From an uncultured Spartobacteria bacterium (GTDB taxonomy: Bacteria; Verrucomicrobiota; Verrucomicrobiia; Chthoniobacterales; UBA6821), in NCBI GenBank assembly GCA_903831635.1, contig CAIKYN010000227.1:1-33200 (forward strand): a DNA stretch of 33,200 bases, in the 5' to 3' direction. Both the position numbers and the translations under genes were made by a program. Position 1 is the stretch's first letter; the number at the start of each line of letters is the position of its first letter. Positions 7,887 to 17,618 of the stretch are shown one piece after another. Below the pieces are notes generated by a model, which saw nothing but the letters and a program-made list of their open reading frames with translations, had not been told where the DNA came from and did no database searches.

Positions 7887-8882
7887 GTGAAGGTTGCCGT
7901 CTTCAATACCAAGCGCTATGAGCGCGCCGTGCTGGAGAAAGCAGCGCAGGGAACTTCAATCGACTTCAACTTTCTGGAGCCTCGTCTTGATGCGCAGACC
8001 GCAGTGTTGGCTGCCGGACATGAGGCGGTGCTGATCTTTGTGAATGATGTGGCCAACCGGGTCGTTCTCGAAAAACTCTCCGCCGGAGGAACGCGCTTCC
8101 TTGCCACGCGAAGTGCCGGGTTCAACCAGATCGACCGTGAGGCGGCGTGTGAGTTCGGGATCTCGCTCGCCTACGTGCCCGCCTATTCCCCCAATGCCGT
8201 TGCGGAATTCACAATCGGCCTGATCTTGACCCTTGGACGTCACATTCATGAAGGGCATAACCGCGTGAGGCGGGCTGATTTCAATCTCGAGGGACTTTGC
8301 GGATTTGAATTACGCGACATGACTGTCGGTGTTTGCGGGACCGGAAGGATCGGCACAGAGGTTGTGAAACTACTCAGCGGTTTCGGGTGCAAGATCCTTG
8401 CCTATGACGACGAACCGAACGAGACCGTGACCCTGCTGGCCTCCTATGTCGACACGCGTGAGGAGCTTTTCCGGTACTCCGACATCCTTACTCTGCACGT
8501 CCCCCTTCAGCCTTCGACCTTCCATCTCATCGATCAGTCAGCCCTCGGCATGATGAAGAATGGTGTCTTTCTCATCAATACGAGTCGTGGAGCTCTGCTG
8601 GATACTCCGGCTGTCGTAGAGGCTCTGAAGAGTCGCAAGGTCGGCTTCCTGGCGATCGATGTCTACGAGGAGGAGGCTTCCCTCTTCTTTGAGGATCACT
8701 CCTCGGACATCATCAGCGACGACACCTTTGCCCGGTTGCTCACCTTTCCTAATGTCATCGTGACAGGCCATCAGGCCTTCCTTACCCAGCATGCCCTGCG
8801 CAATATCGCGGAGACAACCGTTCAAAGCCTGCAAGAGTTCACCACTGGGATGCCCTGCACCTATGCCGTGCCGGCGCCATGA
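7887..8882 (+). CDS. ldhA: D-2-hydroxyacid (D-lactate) dehydrogenase
   Basis: VPAYSPNAVAE, GTGRIG, NTSRG, DVYEEE, TGHQAFLT; GTG start. Confidence 0.85.
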   Translation: MKVAVFNTKRYERAVLEKAAQGTSIDFNFLEPRLDAQTAVLAAGHEAVLIFVNDVANRVVLEKLSAGGTRFLATRSAGFNQIDREAACEFGISLAYVPAYSPNAVAEFTIGLILTLGRHIHEGHNRVRRADFNLEGLCGFELRDMTVGVCGTGRIGTEVVKLLSGFGCKILAYDDEPNETVTLLASYVDTREELFRYSDILTLHVPLQPSTFHLIDQSALGMMKNGVFLINTSRGALLDTPAVVEALKSRKVGFLAIDVYEEEASLFFEDHSSDIISDDTFARLLTFPNVIVTGHQAFLTQHALRNIAETTVQSLQEFTTGMPCTYAVPAP

Positions 8883-10495
8883 AGCGCTTGCTGATCACAC
8901 TGCTAGCGCTGGCTCTGTTCCCGATGACAGGGTGCGCCCCGCATCGCGAGAGGTCGGATCTCATCTTTATCAACGGAGCGGAACCGGAGACTCTCGACCC
9001 AGCCCTAATCACGGGCCAACCTGAGGGTCGCATCGTCAATGCACTCTTTGAGGGATTGCTCCGCTTTGATCGAGATGGCATCGCCGGGCCTGGAGTAGCC
9101 TCGTCCTGGGAGCTTTCACCCGATCATTGCGTCTACACCTTCCATCTCCGTCACGATGCCCGATGGAGTGATGGAATGCAGATCACTGCATCCGACTTCG
9201 TTGATTCGTGGCGGAGGACACTGGATCCCGCCACGGCTTCCGCTTACAGCTACCAGCTTTTCTCGGTGAAGGGTGCCGAGGAGTTTGCCAATAGTCCCTT
9301 GGGCAAGATGCCCGACTTTTCTTCGGTTGGAGTGAGGGCCCTCGATGAGCACACCCTAGAGGTCACGCTCCGGCAGCCAACCCCCTACTTTCTGGATCTC
9401 TGTGCATTTCCGACACTCTACCCAGTACGCACCGATTTGATCGCAAAGTATGGGGACGACTGGGTGAAGCCCGGGAAGCTTGTCGGGAACGGCTCCTTCA
9501 TTCTTGAGGATTGGAGGATCAATGATGCCATCCACCTTAAGCGGAACCCCCTGTACTGGGATGCAAAAAACGTCTCCTTGCGCACAGTTGAGGTCCTTCC
9601 GATCAGTCAGGCCAATGTCGCCTACAACTTCTATGCCGCCCGTCAGGCTGATCTGATCATGGACAAGGGATTGGCTCCCCCTTCGCTGCTGGATGCCCTC
9701 AAGATCCGTCCCGACTTCCACGCCGCGCCTTTCCTTGGAACCTTTTTCCTTCGCTTTAATTGTGCCAAGGGCCCCTTCACCGATGTTCGGGTGCGCAAGG
9801 CATTCGCCATGGCGGTCGGTCGCAAAAGGATCACGTCCAAGATTACAAGGGCTGGCGAGTCCGATGCGCTAAGTTTCGTTCCGCCCGGTATTCCGGGGTA
9901 TGAGGCTCCCAAGGGTCTTCCCGAGGATGTCCACACTGCACGCAGACTGCTGGCCGAAGCTGGTTATCCCGAGGGCAAGGGTTTTCCTCTGACCAGTTAT
10001 CTTTACAGCGAAGGTGAGCTGAACGAGGGAGTGGCTGTCGAGTTGCAGGCCATGTGGAAGGAGCAACTGGGTGTTACTGTCCAGCTTGCAAGGCAGGAGT
10101 GGAAGGTCTACCTGAACTCCCTCGGGTCGCTGGATTTTGGAATCGCCCGCTCCAGCTGGGTGGGGGATTACCCGGATCCGAACACCTTTCTCGATCTCTT
10201 TCTCTCTGAAAGTGGCAACAACCGTACGGGATGGAAGAATGTCGCCTACGATCAGATGATCCATGATGCGGCTCGGGCTGCTGCGGATACCGATCCAAAG
10301 AAACGTTTTGCGATTATGCGCCGTGCCGAGGAATTCCTTGTCCGGGATGAGGCGCCGATTTCTCCCTTGTTTTTCTATGTTGGAATCCAGCTTTACGACG
10401 GAAATCATTTGGGTGGGATCGAGCCCAATGTCTTGGACGAACACCCCATACGTGAGATCTTCCGCAAAGACCTACCTGATGCATTGAAGCCATGA
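8879..10495 (+). CDS. oppA: Oligopeptide ABC transporter substrate-binding lipoprotein
   Basis: Lipobox MTGC, EPETLDPA, LFEGL, YTFHLR..ARWSDG, RSSWVGDYPDP. Confidence 0.9.
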   Translation: MKRLLITLLALALFPMTGCAPHRERSDLIFINGAEPETLDPALITGQPEGRIVNALFEGLLRFDRDGIAGPGVASSWELSPDHCVYTFHLRHDARWSDGMQITASDFVDSWRRTLDPATASAYSYQLFSVKGAEEFANSPLGKMPDFSSVGVRALDEHTLEVTLRQPTPYFLDLCAFPTLYPVRTDLIAKYGDDWVKPGKLVGNGSFILEDWRINDAIHLKRNPLYWDAKNVSLRTVEVLPISQANVAYNFYAARQADLIMDKGLAPPSLLDALKIRPDFHAAPFLGTFFLRFNCAKGPFTDVRVRKAFAMAVGRKRITSKITRAGESDALSFVPPGIPGYEAPKGLPEDVHTARRLLAEAGYPEGKGFPLTSYLYSEGELNEGVAVELQAMWKEQLGVTVQLARQEWKVYLNSLGSLDFGIARSSWVGDYPDPNTFLDLFLSESGNNRTGWKNVAYDQMIHDAARAAADTDPKKRFAIMRRAEEFLVRDEAPISPLFFYVGIQLYDGNHLGGIEPNVLDEHPIREIFRKDLPDALKP

Positions 10496-11331
10496 GAAAA
10501 CCACGGTTTAAGATCAAGAACTGCACCGCCCTTATCACTGGAGCTTCTGCGGGACTCGGTGCCGAGTTTGCCCGTCAGCTCGCACCTGTTGCCTCCTGCT
10601 TGATTCTGCTGGGGCGTCGTGCTGATCGCCTCACAGCACTTGCCGCCGAATTGCAAGCATCCCGTTCGGATCTTCGGATTGATACGATTGCAGCGGATCT
10701 CTCGCAATCCTCCGAGCGAGAGCAACTGGCTGCCGTGATCATCCGTGAGGAGATCCCGCTGAATCTTTTGGTGAATAATGCCGGCCTCGGAGACTTGGGA
10801 ACCTTTGATGATGCCGACTGGTCACGCCTGGCTCCTGTGCTGGACGTGAATATCGTGGCACTGACTCATCTGACGCATCTTCTGTTGCCGATGCTCCGCT
10901 CTCAAAGCCCCTCAGGCATCCTGAATGTCAGTTCCGTGGCAGGTTTTTATCCACTCCCCGAGATGGCCGTCTATGCCGCCACCAAGGCCTATGTGACCAG
11001 CTTCAGCGAGGCGCTCCGTATGGAGCTCGCGCCAGCAGGAATCTCGGTCACGGCCCTCTGTCCGGGACCTGTCCCGACCGAATTCTTCGAAGTGGCTACC
11101 CGTAACGGAGAAACCATCCGTGCCATGGATCGCTCCCACCCGGCGCTCGCGACCTCTCCTGAACAGGTTGTTCGCGAAGCGCTTCAGGGATTGGAAAAGG
11201 ATAAGCCCGGGGTCATCCCGAATTCACTGCTGGCGTTCCTAGTCAGAGGAAGTCGCCTCCTCCCGTTTCCCATGATCAGGGAGGCTATACGTCTGGGGGC
11301 GGGGCCTACCAGTCCCAAGAGTCTGAAATGA
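10492..11331 (+). CDS. Short-chain dehydrogenase/reductase
   Basis: TGASAGLG, VNNAG, NVSS, YAATK. Confidence 0.92.
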   Translation: MRKPRFKIKNCTALITGASAGLGAEFARQLAPVASCLILLGRRADRLTALAAELQASRSDLRIDTIAADLSQSSEREQLAAVIIREEIPLNLLVNNAGLGDLGTFDDADWSRLAPVLDVNIVALTHLTHLLLPMLRSQSPSGILNVSSVAGFYPLPEMAVYAATKAYVTSFSEALRMELAPAGISVTALCPGPVPTEFFEVATRNGETIRAMDRSHPALATSPEQVVREALQGLEKDKPGVIPNSLLAFLVRGSRLLPFPMIREAIRLGAGPTSPKSLK

Positions 11332-11394
11332 GCTTAGCAACTTCCTTGATCAACCGACATTGACGATTCGAGCTAGATCGGCGAAAGTCTCCTT

Positions 11395-12423
11395 GTGAAA
11401 AATTTCACAAGATGGTCCACCAAGGAAATTGACCCCCGATCCAACGCTGCTTTTGCGGAGGCAATCGAGCTGATTGGTCCCGATCTCTACTCTGTCGAGG
11501 AGAGGATTCATGAACAGTCCAATGCGGTCGACTCGGGCGTGGAGCATTATTTTGAATATGCCGTTGGAGGTAGCGGCAAACGGTTGAGGCCTGCGTTAGC
11601 TCTACTCTCCGGTGGAGCTACAGGACGAATTGTTTCAGACCATGTCGATCTTGCGGTCATCGTGGAGCTCATCCATATCGCAAGCCTTGTTCATGACGAC
11701 ATCATGGATGGCGCTGATCGCCGCCGTGATCGACCAACGCTTAACGCGAAGTGGGGCAATTCCCTCACGGTTCTTGTTGGGGATGTGCTTTTTGCCCACG
11801 CCTTGAGGCTCTCGACGAAATTTTCCAACTCTGAGGTTGCTCGTAGAATCGCTGATGCTGCGGCTGATGTTTGCACGGGCGAGATCTTACAGACCCAGCG
11901 TCGCTTCGATCTGAATCTTCCTCTGGCGGAGTATTACCGGATGGTGCAGATGAAGACCGGAGCGCTCTTCGCTGTCTCCTGCGAACTTGGAGCATTCTTG
12001 AGCGGAGCGTCACCTTCTGTGATCAATGCTCTCAAGAATTACGGCAATAAGATCGGTATTGCCTATCAGGTTCTTGATGACTGTATCGACCTAGTGGGTG
12101 ACGAGGAGATGATCGGAAAGACTCTTGGTACAGACATCGCCTGCGGGAAGTTTACCCTTCCCGTCCTGCTTCTGTTGCAAAATTCCTCCCCAAAGGAACG
12201 CGATGAACTTCATGCCATGCTTCTGGCTGAAGAAGGTGTCTCCCCCTCGAAATTGCTCGATCTTGTCACCTCAAAGGGAGCTCTCCCCGCCGCCGTTCAG
12301 GCTGCACGTGTTCTGGTGAACGAGGCCGCTGCCGAGCTCGATAAGGTTCAGAAGAACCGTCATGCCGTGGCGCTTTATTCCATGACCGAGTATTTGCACG
12401 GGGTTCTCGATTCTCTCTGCTAA
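11395..12423 (+). CDS. Long-chain trans-polyprenyl diphosphate synthase (IspB-like)
   Basis: GKRLRP, first Asp-rich motif ASLVHDDIMD..RR with small Ala five residues before it (long-chain type), KTG, second motif LDDCID. Confidence 0.88.
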   Translation: MKNFTRWSTKEIDPRSNAAFAEAIELIGPDLYSVEERIHEQSNAVDSGVEHYFEYAVGGSGKRLRPALALLSGGATGRIVSDHVDLAVIVELIHIASLVHDDIMDGADRRRDRPTLNAKWGNSLTVLVGDVLFAHALRLSTKFSNSEVARRIADAAADVCTGEILQTQRRFDLNLPLAEYYRMVQMKTGALFAVSCELGAFLSGASPSVINALKNYGNKIGIAYQVLDDCIDLVGDEEMIGKTLGTDIACGKFTLPVLLLLQNSSPKERDELHAMLLAEEGVSPSKLLDLVTSKGALPAAVQAARVLVNEAAAELDKVQKNRHAVALYSMTEYLHGVLDSLC

Positions 12424-12498
12424 AGAGCCGATAATTAAATCTTGGGGAGAGCTTTTTTGTGTCCCTTGCGGATTACTGCTCGTGGCGTATTTTTCCCC

Positions 12499-13194
12499 AT
12501 GATCTCTTCATGCTTTGGGGACCTTCCCCGGACCGAAAGGCCGCGTGAACGGCTTTTCAGTCATGGGGCCTCTGTCCTCACCGATGCAGAACTCTTAGCC
12601 CTGTTCCTACGCACGGGTAAAGTGGGGTTGGACGTCATGTCTCTGGCCAAATCCTTGTTGGTTGAGTGGGGTAGCTTGAGACGATTAGCTGGATGCTCCG
12701 TTGAGGAACTTTCCTCACTTCCCGGCATGGGGCCAGCCAAGGCTGCGGAACTCAAGGCTGCTTTTGAAATGGGGCGCCGGATGGCATTGCCTGAGGAAGA
12801 ACGCCCAAGAATTGATCGAGCCGGAGTGATCCACCGACTCCTTGCCCGTGAGATGGAAATTCTACCCTATGAGTCGCTTCGTGTTCTGATGCTGGATACC
12901 CGTCACGGTCTTCTGGAACATCGTGAAGTCTCTCGAGGAAGTCTGAATGAAAGCATCGCCCATCCGAGGGAGATCTTTCGTCCCGCCATCGCCAAGGGGG
13001 CGTATGCCATAGCCGTAGTCCATAACCATCCCTCAGGCGATCCCCTGCCTAGTGAGGCAGACCGGCGACTGACGCGTCGTCTCACGGAAGCCGGGACACT
13101 TCTTCAAATTCCTCTGGTCGATCACGTCATCATCGGAGCGACACGTGGGGATCAATCCCCATATTTCAGTTTCCGTGAAGCGGGACTGATGTAG
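12499..13194 (+). CDS. radC: RadC / JAB-domain (UPF0758) protein
   Basis: ERPRERL, ELLALFLRTG, HPREIF, HNHPSGDPLPSEAD, LVDHVII. Start taken at ATG 12499. Confidence 0.93.
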   Translation: MISSCFGDLPRTERPRERLFSHGASVLTDAELLALFLRTGKVGLDVMSLAKSLLVEWGSLRRLAGCSVEELSSLPGMGPAKAAELKAAFEMGRRMALPEEERPRIDRAGVIHRLLAREMEILPYESLRVLMLDTRHGLLEHREVSRGSLNESIAHPREIFRPAIAKGAYAIAVVHNHPSGDPLPSEADRRLTRRLTEAGTLLQIPLVDHVIIGATRGDQSPYFSFREAGLM

Positions 13195-13244
13195 GCAATG
13201 GGTGTTGAAAGGCTGTACTGAATCCATAAATAAATCATAATTGA

Positions 13245-13320
13245 CGCTACTTGCCTCCCGGCAAGCGGTGGCGCCCTTCGGGCTGCCTTCGGCAGTCTTA
13301 CGCGCCACTTCCCAGTGGCT
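13245..13320. repeat. Multi-hairpin intergenic element (REP/MITE-like or ncRNA)
   Basis: cttgcc-TCCC-ggcaag (13250-13265), gccc-TTC-gggc (13273-13283), ctgcc-TTC-ggcag (13283-13295), gccact-TCCC-agtggc (13304-13319); also gtggcg 13268-13273 complementary to cgccac 13303-13308. Confidence 0.6.
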
Positions 13321-13355
13321 TGTTTCAATCCTGCATCCCTCATAATCTGAACCTG

Positions 13356-14174
13356 ATGTCCAAGATTCATCCCTCTGCTTTCGTTGATCCCGCTGCAGTC
13401 CTTGCTTCCGATGTGGAGGTTGGTCCAGGAGCAATCATTGAGGCTGGAGCCGTGATCGGCGAGGGATGCAGGATTCAGGCTCACGCTGTGATTACAGGCC
13501 ATGTGCACATGGGTGCCAGAAATACCGTGGGATATGGAGCCATCGTCGGTGCCGATCCTCAGGATTACGATTTTAAGCCCGGCACGAAGAGCGAGGTTGT
13601 CATCGGTGATGACAATATCATCCGCGAATACGTCACCTTACACCGCGGCACCAAGGAGGGGACAGTCACCCGCGTCGGGGACAAAAACTTCCTCATGGTG
13701 GGGGTCCACCTCGGTCACAACAGCTCGGTCGGCAACAAGGTGATCATTGCCAATAACTGCCTCCTTGCAGGGTATGTCGAGGTTCAGGATGGGGCAGTGC
13801 TTGGCGGTGGTTCGGTTTTCCACCAGTTCCTGCGTGTTGGCAAACTCTGCATGGTTAGGGGAGGGGAGCGCTTCCCGAAGGATATCCCTCCTTTTGTCTC
13901 TGCTTATGGGACCAGCATGGTGGCCGGTATCAATGCTGTCGGCCTCAAGCGTGCCGGGATGAGTTCCGAGACGCGTCTTGAGATCAAGCGGGCCTTCCGC
14001 CTGATCTATCACAGTGGCAGGAATATCTCTCAGGCTCTTGAGGAATCGAGAAAGGAAACATGGGGTCCCGAGGCACAGTACTTTCTCGATTTCATCGCCT
14101 CTGCCAAGAAGCGTGGCGTCTGCGCAGCTAAACCTGTCCGGGGGAAAGGCGGAACGACCGAAGACGAGGAATAG
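13356..14174 (+). CDS. lpxA: Acyl-ACP--UDP-GlcNAc O-acyltransferase-like protein (divergent LpxA)
   Basis: MSKIHPSAFVDP hexapeptide repeats, PQD, IREYVTLHRGT, HLGH, HQF, KDIPPF, GINAVGLKR. Start at ATG 13356. Confidence 0.88.
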   Translation: MSKIHPSAFVDPAAVLASDVEVGPGAIIEAGAVIGEGCRIQAHAVITGHVHMGARNTVGYGAIVGADPQDYDFKPGTKSEVVIGDDNIIREYVTLHRGTKEGTVTRVGDKNFLMVGVHLGHNSSVGNKVIIANNCLLAGYVEVQDGAVLGGGSVFHQFLRVGKLCMVRGGERFPKDIPPFVSAYGTSMVAGINAVGLKRAGMSSETRLEIKRAFRLIYHSGRNISQALEESRKETWGPEAQYFLDFIASAKKRGVCAAKPVRGKGGTTEDEE

Positions 14175-14188
14175 GAGTAACGATTCTT

Positions 14189-15496
14189 CTAATCTTCGGC
14201 TAGGGAGCGCAGAGCGGCTTCATATACCAGTCTGACGGCCACTTGATGGTGAACTGCAGCCTCCGCGCAGGAGGAGAACTCGGGTGAACGCTGAATGACC
14301 TCACCGCCAAGCGTACCCACCTTGACTCGGATATTTCCGTAGGGTGTCTCGGCCTCCTCGAAATGCCGCTCGAGTTTCAATCGCTCCATGTGGTGTCGAC
14401 GGATACCGAAGGCGCTTGTTTGGCGCAGCATCAGTTCGGATAGATTCTCAGCTTTCTCCGCCACGGTAAGAACCTCCAGGATCCAACCGGAACGACCCTT
14501 TTTCATGACTGTCGGCGTGAGCGTCGCATCGAGTGCTCCCGCGGTGATCAATGCATCGAGTGCACTGGAGGCATGCTCGGGTGTGAGGTCATCCAGATTG
14601 CAGCGTAGTTCGACGACCTCTTCCAAGGTTGCATGATCTGATTCTGTGGATTTGCCCAGAATCAGACGGAGAACATTGGGGCGATTCGGGGTGTTTCGCG
14701 AACCGAGTCCGTATCCGATAGCGTTCACCTTCATCTCGGGCATTGGCACAAAAATCGAGGCAAACTCTGCCAGGATCGCTGCACCTGTTGGAGTGATGTG
14801 CTCCCAAGGTTCATCTACCTGACGAAAAGGTATCCCCTTGAGAATCGCCAGGGTGGCTGGTGCTGGTAGGGGGAAAGTTCCATGGGCGCAGTGGATATGC
14901 CCGGTGCCCTCGATCAACGGACCACATGTGATCTTATCGATCTTTAAGTAATCAATTCCTGCACATGCACAGACGATATCGGCGATTGAGTCCTCCGCCC
15001 CGACCTCGTGAAATCCGACATTTTCTGGGGGGACTCCGTGCACAGCTCCCTCTGCGATGGCGATCCGCTGGAAAACGGCAAGGGCGCGTGTTTTTACCTT
15101 CTCTTCGAGGTTACTGCCACTGATCAAAGCTACGATCTCGGCGTGATTACGTCCATGGATGTGATGACCAGCAGAGCCATAGTTATGATCATGCTCATGG
15201 TGAGCTCCGTCTCCGTGATGGTGGTGGTCGTGTACCACATGATGATGCTTATGACTGTGCTCGTGATGGTGATGATCAGCGGGTGCTCCCTCGTGGCCGT
15301 CATGTCCACTTACCAAAAAGCGCCAACCTGCGATGCCATTTCTTTCGCTGCGCTCGAAGCGGCAGGGTGGCAGATCGATTGGTAATGCCTTCAATGCATT
15401 GTGAAAAATCTCCTCCGGAACTCCGAGATCTCTGAGTGCCGAAACGGACATGTCGCCACTAATCCCGGCAAATGCATCGATATGAAGGAGTTTCAT
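14189..15496 (-). CDS. larC: Nickel-pincer cofactor nickel insertase
   Basis: GISGDM, His-rich tract, FHEVGAEDSIAD, CAHG..PLPAPA, TPTGAA, NLDD, MKKGR. Start taken at ATG 15496 (MKLLHID). Confidence 0.92.
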   Translation of the reverse strand: MKLLHIDAFAGISGDMSVSALRDLGVPEEIFHNALKALPIDLPPCRFERSERNGIAGWRFLVSGHDGHEGAPADHHHHEHSHKHHHVVHDHHHHGDGAHHEHDHNYGSAGHHIHGRNHAEIVALISGSNLEEKVKTRALAVFQRIAIAEGAVHGVPPENVGFHEVGAEDSIADIVCACAGIDYLKIDKITCGPLIEGTGHIHCAHGTFPLPAPATLAILKGIPFRQVDEPWEHITPTGAAILAEFASIFVPMPEMKVNAIGYGLGSRNTPNRPNVLRLILGKSTESDHATLEEVVELRCNLDDLTPEHASSALDALITAGALDATLTPTVMKKGRSGWILEVLTVAEKAENLSELMLRQTSAFGIRRHHMERLKLERHFEEAETPYGNIRVKVGTLGGEVIQRSPEFSSCAEAAVHHQVAVRLVYEAALRSLAED

Positions 15497-15644
15497 GATG
15501 GTGAGATTCTGGTTGTGGAAGGGATTCTTCCAAGCACCCATTCACAGCTATAGTCTTGGGAAACGGCAATGCAAAAAAACTAAAGCATCATGTCGCCAAG
15601 ACAGGGCATGTTTGTTTTAATTTTTACTCCTCAATTTATCCTCA

Positions 15645-17618
15645 ATGTTCCAAGACTCCGCCGGATCCATCACTGCCCAGAATTCATCGCTCTACAACGT
15701 GGAGGGATGGTCCGAGGGATACGTCCGAATCAATGATGCCGGGCACGCCGTCATGCTTCCTCGCCGCAGGGAAGGGGAGGAAATCGACCTAATGGAACTG
15801 GTCGAGGAGGCGAAGGATCGAGGTCTCCGTTTTCCTCTGCTGGTCCGGTGTCATGACCTGCTTCGTGATCGTGTGCGTCGGCTCAATGAGTCGTTTGCGA
15901 GAGCTATTACGGAGTGCGGATACAAGAATAAGTATCGCGGGGTTTTTCCCATCAAGGTTAATCAACTCTGTGAAGTCGTTGAGGAGATCGTGGATGCGGG
16001 GCTCCCGTATCATTTCGGCATCGAGGCTGGCAGCAAACCTGAGTTGATCGCCGCTCTCGCCGTTCATTCAGATCCCGAGAGTCTCGTGGTCGGCAATGGT
16101 TACAAGGACGATGAGTTTATCCGAGCCGCACTCATCGGGATCAAACTTGGCAAGAAAGTCATTCTTGTCGTCGAGAAGTTGGAGGAGTTTCATCAGATCC
16201 TCGCCGTTGCAAAGCAGGTGGGAGTGAAGCCGATGATCGGTGCTCGCGTACGCCTTCTCTCGAAAGGAGCTGGCAAATGGGCCACCAGTGGTGGAGAAAA
16301 TGCTAAGTTTGGCCTCTCGACAGCAGATCTTGTCTCGATGAGCGACACGCTCCATGCCGAGGGGATGCCCGATGCTCTCGTTCTTCTTCATTACCATGTC
16401 GGCTCGCAGGTCCCTGACATTCAGACGATCAGTCGTGCCACGCGTGAGGCCGCCCGCTTCTACGCGAAGCTCAAAAAAATGGGCCATGCCCTCGGCTATC
16501 TCGACGTGGGTGGTGGACTCGGAGTCGACTACGATGGATCGCGCACCAGCTTCGACAGTTCCAGAAACTACTCACTCCACGAGTACACTCGAGACATCGT
16601 CTACAACATCATGGAGATCTGCGACTCAGAGCAGGTCGAGCATCCCGTCATCGTGAGTGAGAGCGGACGATTCATCGTGGCTCCTCATTCCGTACTCATC
16701 ATCGAAGCCTTCGGTTCCATCGAGAAGCAGAGTCATACGGGTACGATTTCTGCCTCTCCGGAGGATCCCAAGTTGGTCTCCGACATGCTTGAGATCATGG
16801 CTGGCCTCAATGAGAAGCGTCGCTTGGAAAATCTTCACGATGCCCAGCAGATCAGGGATCAGGCTCAGTCGATGTTCGATCTGGGCCTCCTTGACCTCCG
16901 CTCCAAGGCAAAGATCGACACCCTCTACTGGCAGATTGCCGCTGCGATCGTAAAGCTGCACGCCGGGATGAAGCAGGTTCCCGAAGAGGTGAGGGAACTC
17001 GAGGTGGCTCTTGCCGATCAGCTACTCTGCAACTTCTCCGTGTTCCAGTCCCTGCTTGATCATTGGGCATTGGGTCAGCTCTTTCCGGTTATGCCAATCC
17101 ACCGTCTCAATGAGGTTCCTGAGCGTAGTGGCACCCTGGTCGACATCACCTGTGATTCCGACGGCAAGATGGCCAAGTTCATCGATTTCCAAGATGTGAA
17201 GGAGACTCTTCCTGTCCACACCGTCCGTCCCGGCGAGCCTTATTACCTCGGGATTTTCCTTTCCGGAGCCTATCAGGACATCATGGGTGATCTGCATAAC
17301 CTTTTCGGTAGGGTGAATGAGATGCATGTCTTCCTCGATGAGGATGAGGATGCCGGGTACTACATCGAAGAGGTGCTCCCGGGCAATACCATCGACCAAG
17401 TGCTGACTCTGACTCAGTGGGATACCAAAGAGCTGGCGCGCAGGATTAAGTCCCAAGCTGATGCCGCCCTGAAGGGGGATCGTCTCAAACCTAACGAGGC
17501 GATGCGCCTTGCTGATGAATACGAGAAGATGTTCCAGTCCTACACCTACTTGGATTTCAACGCTCGTCGCCCCAACGGCTCGATGAGTTCCCCTTCCACA
17601 ACAACAGATAAGGCGTAA
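15645..17618 (+). CDS. speA: Biosynthetic arginine decarboxylase
   Basis: FPIKVNQ (PLP lysine), EAGSKPEL, HYHVGSQ, DVGGGLGVDYDGS, DITCDSDG, GAYQDIMGDLHNLFG. Confidence 0.95.
   Translation: MFQDSAGSITAQNSSLYNVEGWSEGYVRINDAGHAVMLPRRREGEEIDLMELVEEAKDRGLRFPLLVRCHDLLRDRVRRLNESFARAITECGYKNKYRGVFPIKVNQLCEVVEEIVDAGLPYHFGIEAGSKPELIAALAVHSDPESLVVGNGYKDDEFIRAALIGIKLGKKVILVVEKLEEFHQILAVAKQVGVKPMIGARVRLLSKGAGKWATSGGENAKFGLSTADLVSMSDTLHAEGMPDALVLLHYHVGSQVPDIQTISRATREAARFYAKLKKMGHALGYLDVGGGLGVDYDGSRTSFDSSRNYSLHEYTRDIVYNIMEICDSEQVEHPVIVSESGRFIVAPHSVLIIEAFGSIEKQSHTGTISASPEDPKLVSDMLEIMAGLNEKRRLENLHDAQQIRDQAQSMFDLGLLDLRSKAKIDTLYWQIAAAIVKLHAGMKQVPEEVRELEVALADQLLCNFSVFQSLLDHWALGQLFPVMPIHRLNEVPERSGTLVDITCDSDGKMAKFIDFQDVKETLPVHTVRPGEPYYLGIFLSGAYQDIMGDLHNLFGRVNEMHVFLDEDEDAGYYIEEVLPGNTIDQVLTLTQWDTKELARRIKSQADAALKGDRLKPNEAMRLADEYEKMFQSYTYLDFNARRPNGSMSSPSTTTDKA

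Noticed and set aside
12499-13194. radC as a marker of a mobile element
   Set aside because: Full-length chromosomal type among housekeeping genes, with no mobility genes nearby.
13251-13355. N-terminal extension of LpxA from the track's TTG start
   Set aside because: It reads through the hairpin element; LpxA homology begins at ATG 13356.
15570-15625. Possible riboswitch or attenuator upstream of speA
   Set aside because: Only a weak imperfect AT-rich stem; no recognisable aptamer.
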